Shown here: positions 52,880 to 63,559 of the stretch, in pieces
Layout: each line of letters starts with the position of its first letter
How positions within the stretch are numbered: position 1 is the stretch's first letter
Assembly: GCA_011109175.1 (NCBI GenBank)
Contig: RDEW01000011.1
Location: 683,061 to 747,060, forward strand
Source of the DNA: Dicyema japonicum
Lineage: Eukaryota > Animalia > Dicyemida
Direction: 5' to 3'
DNA: 64,000 nt
Position numbers and translations under genes: made by a program
The notes under the pieces: model-generated
Told to the model about the DNA's origin: nothing
Seen by the model: the letters and a program-made list of their open reading frames with translations, nothing else
The model's database searches: none

Positions 52880-54330
52880 TCAGTTAAAAAAGCCTGCTGC
52901 GTTGATTGCGAACGAGTTCCCTCGGAGTATGGTCATTCCAATCTTTTGTCTAGCCATAACACTTCTCGTTGATCCCTTTTCTTTCTGGCAAGCAATCCTC
53001 CGAGTTCTCGAAAGAACTCAGCCTTCATTGGACCAACGGCTCCCGAATTTTTTTACTTTAATGGTTTTTTTTAAACAAAATAATTTTTTAACAATTAAAC
53101 AAATGTCAGTTGAGGAACAATTTTTAATTGTTTCAATTAATACATCTTCCCATTCCATCCGTAAGAAAAAAACCGTGTCTTTTAATTTTAACTTTTCATA
53201 AGATTCGTAAACTGAAATGCATTTGTTTTCCAATATTTGTGTTAAAAAAGGCTGTACTATTTTTAGGAAAAAATAATATCTGAATGTTCTCCAATTTGGA
53301 TTTTATCAATGAGCAGGACAATTGCCCATTAATAAGTTTTTTTTGATGGAGCAATTCGTTGTCCAATTTTATTAACCAATGATTAAAAATATAACTTGTC
53401 ATCCATGCTCAATTAGAGTGATAATAATTTATCGAACATTCATAATTATGTTTTTTTGAAACATCTGGGTACTTTAGATTTAGAAATCATAACTGGCTTT
53501 AATTTATGGGTTTCAGTCATATTTGTATATAACATAATTGAAACCCGATCTTTGAAATTTTTTATATCCACCAAATCGTGATTGGCATATGCTCTTGGAC
53601 GGAATCCTAGAGCCCTGTCTCGTCCATATTGTAAATTTCGTCTTCTTTATAATGTTTGGAAATTTCTTCAAAGTGATGTACAAATCCTTCAGGTCTGGTT
53701 GTTTGGAAATTTCTTCAAAGTGATGTACAAATCCTTCAGGTCTGGTTGTTTGGAAATTTCTTCAAAGTGATGTACAAATCCTTCAGGTCTGGTTGTTTGG
53801 AAATTTCTTCAAAGTGATGTACAAATTCTTCAGGTCTGGTTGTTTGGAAATTTCTTCAAAGTGATGTACAAATCTTTCAGGTCAGGTTGTTTGTCAGTTA
53901 TCATTTCCCCAAGTAATTTATGCATTCGAAAACCATGTCTTTTTTTGAATCTTGAAAAATAAGAAAACCTTTTGAATTCTTGAAATCACTAATTGATAAC
54001 GTTTCAGCAATATTTTGTGCTTTATTTGAAATTAGTGCATCATTAACATAGCACCTTACGCAAACAAATTAAAAATACTTTTAGATTCCATCAAATCCAT
54101 CCATTCATCAAGCTTAGTATCAAGTTCAGGAAAGTTTCATGATTTTCATGTCCTTGCTGAAGAAACATAATTTTTGATGTTTTTAATATGGACTCTCGGG
54201 AATTAAGAATATTATTCACTGTTTTTCTTAAAATTCGAATATTAAATAAATCAGAACATTTGTGAGCGATCGTTTGGCACGATGTTTAAAATTTCGAGTT
54301 TTTGGAAACAATTAAGCCTTGTATAATTAC
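52880..54330 (-). mobile_element. pogo/Tigger transposase remnant
   Basis: FKKRHGFRMHKLLGE, WMTSYIFNHWL..LD and FFPKNST motifs. Confidence 0.8.
53654..53893. repeat. 47-bp tandem repeat, about 5 copies, inside the pogo transposase
   Basis: GTTTGGAAATTTCTTCAAAGTGATGTACAAATCCTTCAGGTCTGGTT at 53654, 53701, 53748, 53795 and 53842. Confidence 0.95.
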
Positions 54331-54853
54331 AAGAAGTTTTCGAACACGTGTGAAAATAATTTGATTTGTATGTTGTAAGCTTTTAATATTGAAGTAATAA
54401 ATGATTGATTCAAGTTAACAAATAAAAATTGTGAAAATGAATCGATTGGCTGTGTCTATTAAAGAATAGTGAAAAATTGAAGAAAGCTAAAAATTATTCT
54501 CAGATGGTATTCTTGTCAAAGATTGTATTATAGAAGCAGTGTCCTTGATCTGATCAAGTCATACGTTAGAAAATATTTCATTTTCTAGAAATCTTGGATT
54601 TCTCACAACTATCTATCCACAATTTTGATTTTGCAATGCTTCGTTTTATAGCGGTTAAGTATTTATTAGGTTAAGTCATTTAGGCTGTGATCTACCTCGG
54701 ATAATCTTTCATCCTCTCTTGAGGCGGCTCGAATGGACTTCCAAATTTCAGTAGTGAATCTATTTCTATTCAACAAAGAGATCACATGCTTCCATCTCAT
54801 TTTATGCTTTGACCTCCCTGTTTTTTTAGTTCATAGTTCCAGGAGAGACCATA

Positions 54854-55149
54854 ATATAAATAATAAAGCCTTTTCACGCGAGCCATAGTATTTATATCTC
54901 CGCATAGGCAGGACACACACTTTATTTAAGTAAAGAACAGTTAATTTTAACTAATCGTAGAACCAAGGAATGATCTTCACTTCTTTTTTTCTTTTTCTTG
55001 TGTGTGGGTCCTTTCTAGACAATCCAGTTCCGCAGTGAGTGTCCACTGATGACGGCGTCACTCGTCAAACCATTTCTGCATCGTAGATGCGTGGAACCTT
55101 CCACCAGGTGAACAGAAGCGAGATTCGAACCCGTAGCCTAAGCCACTTA
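54854..55149 (-). mobile_element. tRNA-derived SINE family 1, 5'-truncated, tail type D
   Basis: B box GGTTCGAATC. Perfect 13-bp TSD AGGAGAGACCATA (54841-54853, 55150-55162). Confidence 0.93.
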
Positions 55150-55294
55150 AGGAGAGACCATAGTTGTATAAAAATAATAATATTATTAGATACGATATAA
55201 AAATGATTTTAGTTATATTAGAAATTAAATTAATTTTTTTAATTAATTTTAAAATTAATAAAATATTTTAATACAAAATTCGTTTTTTATAAAA

Positions 55295-55560
55295 ATGTCC
55301 AGTAACCCGACGTATAAATTAATAAAAATAATTTTAGAATTACTACTGGAAATCTTCTGGATAATCAATATTTCAAGAAGAGACAGAGTGCACAGAAAAA
55401 GTTCTTCGATTCAGGAGATCATTTCATGGCCTTGTCCCAATTACAGCCAGGAATGGACAGGGAATCCTTTTTGAATAACGCGACAGGATCTGAACGTGCC
55501 ACTTCCTACAATATCCCTCATGACTCCTTCTGGATACCTCCACCTTCTAATGGAGCTTGA
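55295..55560 (+). CDS. endosulfine/ARPP19-family PP2A-B55 inhibitor, 79 aa (intron 55312-55337)
   Basis: Spliced product MSSNPTITTGNLLDNQYFKKRQSAQKKFFDSGDHFMA..ATGSERATSYNIP matches the family core KRL..QKYFDSGDYNMA..TG..PT..LP. Missed by the ORF track. Confidence 0.8.
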
Positions 55561-55639
55561 AAGCTTAATTTATGCCTAGCAATGAATTAATGTGCTTTGC
55601 TTAATGAATTTTTGTTACTATTAGACTTAGTCTTAATTT

Positions 55640-55877
55640 TAATTAATTTATAACCCCGGATACACCGACAAAGAAGTTAAAGTAAACAACTAATCAAGTG
55701 TATCCAGTTTCCACTTCTACAGAAACGGAGTCCATCCGAAATCAGCATAAAAGGTAAGACGTCCATTACATGCAGTTGTGGAAACCCTTCCAGTGGAGTG
55801 GGGAAGAGCAAATGATCCTTTTTCGTGCCGGCCTGGCACTGGGCGTCGCCTAGACAGATGGATCACATGACGCCACT
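55640..55877 (-). mobile_element. non-autonomous retroposon family 2, copy B
   Basis: Same ends and body as 49210-49446. Confidence 0.85.
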
Positions 55878-56939
55878 TGCTTTGTCTTTATATAACTTTT
55901 GATTTGGCCATAATCAAAACTTTGATATGTACACTATGTTTTGATTTCCTTAATAATATTCTCTATTAGTTATCTGGTTGGATTTGAAAATAAACCTTTG
56001 ATCATTTGCTTTACTTTTGTTACAAGGATTTGAAACCTATAAGCCGGCTCATCCTATTCCCATTTCTCTATATCAAGTGAGTCGTCTCGTTTCTTTCCGC
56101 ATCCAATCTAGGAAATGTTTCATACTACCACATGTCAGTTACACAAGTACACATTGGTGAACTTTCATCAGTTATTTTGATTCCACGACAAACTCCTTAT
56201 AGATTTATTCAATATGACTGATTTAATATAGGTTAATTTTACTTATAAGTTTGTAGCACTTGGGACAACTTCGGAATGTTCCAGGACACTAATCATCAAT
56301 TGTGAATTTAAAACAGAGATAATTCTCTTAAGAGAAGGTAATACTCGTGACACATCTAACCTCAATTTGTTTGATGCCATAATGTGACGTAATTCTAATT
56401 CCAATCAGTGTTATCTCATTTTCCATCTTTATGAGTTTGAACAAAGTTAAGCTGCAAAAATATAAAATTAGAAATCAAAGTTAATGAGTCGAATTAAAAC
56501 CCTCGGATCACCGAGAAGGAAGTTAATAATTAATTGTTCAGCTTCTACTCTCACAGACGCGATGATCTTCAAATTTCTCACAATCCCAATTTGCACCAGC
56601 GAAAGGAAATATTCTATCTTTACTTTGTACTCATGGGAACCCTTGTTGAATAGAGAATACCAAATGCTCCTTTTTCTGGCAACCTTTGCATGAGCATCTA
56701 AGACATGTTTATCACACATGCTATTCTAATGAAACAAGGGAAGATAGGAACAGATAAAAAGAAAAATCTTTGACCAAATAAGCAGTGAAAAGAATTTAAC
56801 CTACAAAATATTGTTAATAACAGAGGGTCTAGAATTAAAGAAATTATTTTTAATACTTTTTCAGCGAAAAAATATACTTGGATTTTCTTTCAACTGACAT
56901 TAAAGGACAATCGCCTTGACTACATTGTTATTCCAACTT

Positions 56940-57147
56940 TGAACTTCAAATCCTGTGAAGAATGAATCGTTTGAGAGAGACAAAGAGAGGAGAAAAATTT
57001 CTTCGATTCAGAAGAGTACAACATGACCATGCACAGCCAGGAATATATAGGGACTCATTTTTGAAGAATTCGACAGGATCTCGGCATGCCATCTCTGACA
57101 ACATCCCTCACAACTGCTGGAAATCTCCCTTCAGTTGGAATGCTTGA
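56940..57147 (+). pseudogene. endosulfine paralogue, frameshifted
   Basis: Aligns with 55340-55560. FFDSEEYNM core, with two frameshifts relative to the intact copy. Confidence 0.75.
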
Positions 57148-57289
57148 AGCATCAACATTTTTTAATAAAAAATTTAAACACTTCATCAACTTTTAGGGTT
57201 TTCCAGTTAAGAAGCCTGATAATGAAATTTCTAATTCACCTAACCCGTTCAAGAAATTGACTTCAACCAATCCAAATCCATAATGTCTT

Positions 57290-58195
57290 CCATTTTGTCC
57301 CATACTACGTCGAACATGTTTTTTTACAAAATTAAAAATTTCGTTTTTTTTTTAAAAATCAGGGACCGATGTCAAGGTCTCCCATTTTTGTCCCATACTA
57401 TGTCGAACATGTTTTGTACAAAATTAAAAAATTTAGTTTTTCCTTTAAAAATCAGGGCCCGATGTCAAAATCTCTTATTTTTGTCTCATAGTATGTCGAA
57501 CATGTTTTTGGAAAAAATTAAAAAATTTCGTTTTTCCTTTAAAAATCGGGGACGGATGTCAAGGTCTTTTATTTTTGTCCCATAGTATGTCGAACATGTT
57601 TTTGGAAAAAATTAAAAAATTTAGTTTTTTTTTTTAAATCAGGGACCGATGTCAAGGTCTCTTATTTTTGTCCCATACTACGTCGAACATGTTTTTGGAC
57701 AAAATTAAAAAATTTCGTTTTTCCTTTAAAAATCAGAGACCGATGTCAAGGTCTCCCATTTTTGTCCCATACTATGTCGAACATGTTTTTGTACAAAATT
57801 AAAAAATTTCGTTTTTCCTTTAAAAATCAGAGACCGATGTCAAGGTCTCCCATTTTTGTCCCATACTATGTCGAACATGTTTTTGTACAAAATTAAAAAA
57901 TTTCGTTTTTCCTTTAAAAATCAGAGACCGATGTCAAGGTCTCCCATTTTTGTCTCATACTACGTCGAACATGTTTTTGTACAAAATTAAAAAATTTCGT
58001 TTTTCCTTTAAAAATCAAAGACCGATGTCAAGGTCTCCCATTTTTGTCTCATACTACGTCGAACATGTTTTTGTAAAAAATTAAAAAATTTCGTTTTTCC
58101 TTTAAAAATCAGAGACCGATGTCAAGGTCTCCCATTTTTGTCTCATACTACGTCGAACATGTTTTTGTACAAAATTAAAAATTTCGTTTTTGCTT
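57290..58195. repeat. 93-94 bp tandem array, about 10 units
   Basis: Unit CCATTTTTGTCCCATACTATGTCGAACATGTTTTTGTACAAAATTAAAAAATTTCGTTTTTCCTTTAAAAATCAGAGACCGATGTCAAGGTCTC. Confidence 0.95.
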
Positions 58196-58499
58196 TCAAA
58201 AGAGTCCGGTAACCATTTGTTTTGGAATGATAAATTAGACTTATCAGCCCGGACGTGATACTATACGACAATTATTAAGTTAATACTTTCTTGGTGGTCT
58301 TGAGGTTTAAATAATAATCATGTGATGGTTACACTATTCGATTATGATAATAATAGTTTTCTATCAAGTACATGACTTCAACATACTACACTAAATGGAA
58401 ATTCGGGTTGTACGCTTTTGCACTTTATTTGTGCATTTTTGGTTGAAAAAATGTATTTAAAACTCAATTAAATTATTTTTGCAAATTTCAAAATTGGTA

Positions 58500-60300
58500 C
58501 ATTTGGGTGGATGTTAAGAAAGCCTTTGATTCCGTGTTGACCATGAATTTTTATTTCATGTATTGGACTTCAGGAATACCCCGTTGGATTGTTAACTTTG
58601 TAAAGACCATAGTCAAAAAGTGTACTGTAAATCTCGACTTAGATGGAAGTAGAAATGGTTCTGTAAAGCTGGGACGTGGTAAAATTCTGCAAGGAGATTC
58701 ATTATCCCCTCAACTATTTGTTATAGTAATTGAACCCCTCAGCTAGATCCTTAACTCTATGTTCCCAAGACACCAAATAAATCAGGAGGATCCTAATACC
58801 CTGTCTTATTCTGCCAATCATTTTTTTCATTGATGATCTAAAGATATTTAGGCTAAAAGAAGATACTGTTATTAAAAATGAAAGTTGTTCGCGAGTTCTT
58901 TCATGTTGCCGGCTTGGAGATGAATTCCGAAAAGTCACTTCTAATGTTAAATCGTTTTCATGTTGTGAGACTATGGAAGGAGTCAGTGGATATCGATATT
59001 TGGGTGTTTTTGAAGATGAGGGAAGTAATGTTCTTAAAAGCAAAGTTATGGAGTCCATACTTGAAAATGTTAAAAGAGAATAACCATGCTTTCAAAAACA
59101 AAGTTAAATTTTGCGAACTTGTTTTTTGTAATAAATAAATACTCAATTTCCCTATATAACTATTATATAGGATTGAACCATGAATTTGATGATATTGACC
59201 AACAAATACGGCAACTGCTTACGTCACTCAAGTTGCACCTCAAACCTGCAAATAAAGAGAGGCTGTATTTGGACAGGAAGACTTTTGGAAGAGGACTTTC
59301 CTCGATTTCATTAAAGAGCGAATTAATACTTTTCCAGTTTTTTAAAAGTTTGGAAAAACAGTCGACTGTGTGTTTGCGAAGGTCGGGGATTCTGCGAGTA
59401 ATAAAAACAAAAAAATGGCACTTGGCTACAATCGCAGGATTTCTTGCCTCTAAATATGCAATTGCCGACAGGGAAAGCATGGATATTAAGTCCCTCAAGG
59501 ACACTCAGAAAAAATATTTATTAAATAAAATTTATTGCAGAACACTACACTCAATTATGTTCAAATGTATTGATGAAACAAATGTCGACCTATATACTTC
59601 CTCAGAATGGTTATCCAAAGGAAATAACGGCCCACGGAGCGAAGCATTGTACTGTCTTTTGCAAGATAGGAATTTGTTTTTTGCACACACGGGGTCATTA
59701 TGCAACCATTGTAAAAAAAGCAAGAAAACTGTTGATCATTTGGCCACTCAGTGTGGTAAAATGCTAAATAGTGATTATCTCCGAAGACATAATGAAGTGG
59801 TAAAGTGTATCCATCTTCATATTTGTCGAGTTTATGGAATCTAAAGAAGCAGGAAATTGAAAGGACATTCGGTTCAGTCAATATTGACGACTCAAAATGT
59901 CGAAATCAGAGTTGACACGTCAATTATGACAGAAACAAAAGTCCAATTCAATAAACCTGATATTTTTATTTACGACAAAACAAAGAAGGAAGCAACCTTA
60001 ATTGAAGTGGGCATTACCTCACAAAACGGACTAAAGCAAGTGGTAGTTGAGAAACTTCACAAATATGACTTGCTTCCAAACGAACTTTCGATGCTCTATG
60101 AATGCCAAGTGAAGATTATTCCAGTGGTTTTGACATGGGATGGAGTTGTCTCGAGATGATTAAAAAATTATATGGATAAATTATCTATTGAAGAATCAAC
60201 GAGGACTTACATCCAATCGGTTGTCTGAAGAGAACGCTCGAAAGTATGCTCATTGAACATAAGCATGGATGAAGGTGTATGATGAAGAGTACGCCTCTGC
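58500..60300 (+). mobile_element. R4/Dong-like RLE non-LTR retrotransposon, 5'-truncated, disrupted
   Basis: DVKKAFDSV, LQGDSLSP, FIDDLK, YRYLG, CNHC..VDHLATQC, RRHN and KPD..LIEV..K.HKY motifs. Confidence 0.92.
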
Positions 60301-60459
60301 CTCTTCTAATTTGTGGAACTGGCATGCAGTGAGGACAGCCCACTGGACTCTAACGGAGATATTTCGACTGAATATGATGTGGAGATGGGAAGTAACAGAA
60401 AATTTATAGCACACTCTTATTCTAAAAGAAAAAGAGGAATTACCAACAATCTGGATCAA

Positions 60460-60690
60460 AATCCGATTAATTTCTTGATTTTTAGGTTTTCCGCGGTCGA
60501 AGCAGCTGATCCAGGTGTCTGAACCGATTTGAAAAGATTCGTGCTTGAAAATGTGTCAGCACAAGTTGCGTCCCAGACCAAAGATCTTCCGGATGTGTAA
60601 GGGAAAAGGGTCATCTTGTCAGGTCTCGTTCCATATCCTCGATCGAGACCCACTGGTTCAAGCTGTGATGGGAAGCCTGTATTTGGTGTT
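60460..60690 (-). mobile_element. CRE RLE fragment
   Basis: LEPVGLDRG..RPD..LVWDATCADT. Confidence 0.85.
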
Positions 60691-61127
60691 GTGTTTATTT
60701 TACTAAAATTGTTGGTTGAGTGGTTACACCTCTCTAGTAATACTCTTGTCTTTATGCAAGGCACAGGTCATACCTCAAGTTCTCGTATCATTAACAGCAT
60801 AAGTGCATCTTATGACATTTGGACCTTAATTGTAGAATACAAGAAAAATTTTTTAAAAGTTTCAGACAGCCAAAATATAATTAAGTAAAGCCTACTCAAT
60901 AATAAATTTTTAAAAATATGGATAATGATCACTTTATGTGCGAAAGACACATGTGGATAGATTGTAGCTTCGAAATATCTTTTTTCACAACCAGGTTATT
61001 TTTAGCAATTCACAATTGGGTTAACTCTGATATATTTATTTTAGTCAATCTAAGATTCAATCGTTTATTTCACATCATTTTGGAGACAAACAGACTCGAC
61101 AAATGAGTCATACTAATACAACCAAAT

Positions 61128-61230
61128 AGTTAGTTAGTGCACGTCCGCGTTTCAGTAAACAGTGTTTATGGTTTCGTTGTGCCATGTTTTCGACTATTCT
61201 TACCGTTAATATTCTCTTGGACGTCCTCTG
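61128..61230 (-). mobile_element. RTE-like 3' end (likely donor of SINE tail B)
   Basis: RGRPR remnant, then GGCACAACGAAACCATAAACACTGTTTACTGAAACGCGG and (TAAC)n. Confidence 0.65.
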
Positions 61231-61294
61231 AATGTAGAAAATCAAGTATGGGTGAATAATGACAAAGTCAAATTAAATAAATTAACCGGTTGCT

Positions 61295-61810
61295 GGTTGA
61301 GGTGGTGAAGTCAATCACTCACAATCATGTCGAATACGTGTTTTAGTGATTCTCGTTTTATACCCCTACCTTCAACGCCAGGGGTCTTAATGACTGGTCG
61401 AAAGGTAGCAACTATGTCTGGACCTTGAGAAGTATCAATGTTCAGTCTGCTGTTTCCAAGAGACGAAGGTCAGAGGAGGACTTGACGAAAGTTCAGGAAA
61501 CTATAGAGTAATCCTACTCACATCTGACTCCAAATTCTATGGAAAAGGTTTCGCTGTGAACAGGGATTTACTTTCCGGATTACATCACTTTTGGGAGATA
61601 AATAATCAGATTAGTGTCATTCAATTAGAGGGAAATCCAGACAGTTAATCTCCATGTGTACCCCCCACATAGTGGCCGCCTTTCTAAAAAAAGACCCGAC
61701 GAATTGGAAGCTTACTACTAAGAACTTGGGAGATTGTATTCCATCTGACGTCTTCCTGATACATTTTTATTTCGGGCGATTGGAATACTATAGTTGGTCC
61801 ACAAAAAAGA
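61295..61810 (+). mobile_element. RTE-like 5' segment (AP endonuclease)
   Basis: GGTTGAGGTGGTGAAGTC, ATG 61327, TFNARGL..DLEKY..VCCFQETK..GKGFAV..GDWN. Confidence 0.85.
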
Positions 61811-62544
61811 TAAGAACGTTTTATTAAACCAAATGGATGAGGGATCAGGCGGCAGACTTCAGCAGTCTGGTGAATCTGGCATCGAAAAAAAGAGGGTGTA
61901 TATTAACCAAGAACCTTGTCGAACACTACCCTACCGATCAGGTTGGGAGAAAAGGCGTGAAGTTGTCTGCTGATTGAGCAATTCATTGATCCGTGTCATC
62001 TTTTGCGAGTTGCTGATCTTTGGCTGACTGAATCTTCTGTCCTTACCCCAGAATGGGTCCGAACATTGCTTAAATCATCTGTGCAAAATTGGACGAGAAG
62101 CGGGCTGAATGTTCTGGTGGATTTTATTTCTCAAAAAAATTAGTTGAAGACAAATGCAAAAAAAGCTAAATTAGTTGAATTGTCCATTAATATTTAGTAA
62201 TCAATCTTATTTTTAGAACTCTAGTTTTTCAGGAAACACGTGTAAAATCAGTTATCTGAGTCGTTAAGATTAGATAATGATTGTTTCCAAATATTTTTAA
62301 AATTCTAGGAAATCATTTCATTAAAATGATAATATGATATGGTTTTTCATAAATCACAAATTTTAGCCGTATTTTAATTTTAGTGGACATTATAACTCAG
62401 ATTTTATTCATACATTAGTGTCAAAGCCTGTCAATCAATAATGACTTTCCAACACAGTGGTTTTGTCCTTTGTTTGCTTATAAATAAATTTTCTATTAAG
62501 TTCCAAAACATAGAGAAATCTTTAGTATACACATGCGAAATATT

Positions 62545-62830
62545 ATAATTATTATTAGCACTTTCGAAGAACCAAAAATGTAATTTATTTAAATAAGGTT
62601 CCGCTTGTGCCGTATTTTTCTTCAGGTTATTCTTTCTCCCACAATTCTCTTAACTAACTTCCTCCATGCTCCACGGTTACTAAAAATTATTATGAGCGTA
62701 TCCAGATCATCTCCTGTTTTCAGCTTTCGTCTTACATTGGTCAGGTCCTTGTGTAGAACCTCTGGCAAAGTTATGCGAGGTCTTCCACGGAACAAGGTAT
62801 TCACTTCTGGGGAGAAATAGTTCTCCATTG
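62545..62830 (-). mobile_element. RTE-like 3' end
   Basis: FRGRPRITLP..DL..NRGAWRKLV, then TACGGCACAAGCGGAACC..GTGCTAATAA. Confidence 0.85.
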
Positions 62831-63559
62831 CATATGCAAATAGGCATGAATAAATATTATTTTAGATCACCCTATTCTCCCAACTGATGGTTATGTACCA
62901 CCAGGAATTTCTTGTTATCCTCCAAGGATAGATATACCGATTTTTGTGCTGATAGGAAATGCTACCTATTGTATGTAATGGAAGAGGATACATCTTCATT
63001 CATCAATATTATGAATCAGCGGATTTGAATGGTGAATTTGATAGGTATTCTGCCACTGTAGTTGGAATAACGATGATAGTGAATTTATCTTTAGTAACTT
63101 TATAGTAACATTCAGATATAATGAGGATGATTCGTTTGTCAAAGATGGTGGTTTAAGTTGAATTAAAATTATGGAGTATTACAGTGTGATTTACATAATT
63201 TGTGGGGGAACAAATATAGCTAGGAAATTCGTGATATGTGAGACAGGTTGCTGTATTATTTGACACAAGATAATTCTAACAATTCAGATTTTGCAACGCC
63301 TCCCTTCATTTTGTCCTTGCTTGATCCTCCACGTTACAAATTCCGTTGTTCTCTAATCATTCAATTTTTGAATATGCAGTACTAGTTTGATCAAATCTCA
63401 AATCATTGGTAACCGAGTACTTTTTTCTGTTTGATCGGTTGATTTTCTGAAAAAACTCAATTGATAGAATTTTTAAAAGCTTATCTAGGCGAGTTGTCTC
63501 TGACCGATTCCAAAAAGTATCGTGGTATTCCTGGATTCAGTACTGTTGTGGAATCATGT

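Noticed and set aside
57290-58195. CRISPR array
   Set aside because: Units are contiguous with no unique spacers, there are no cas genes, and the context is eukaryotic.
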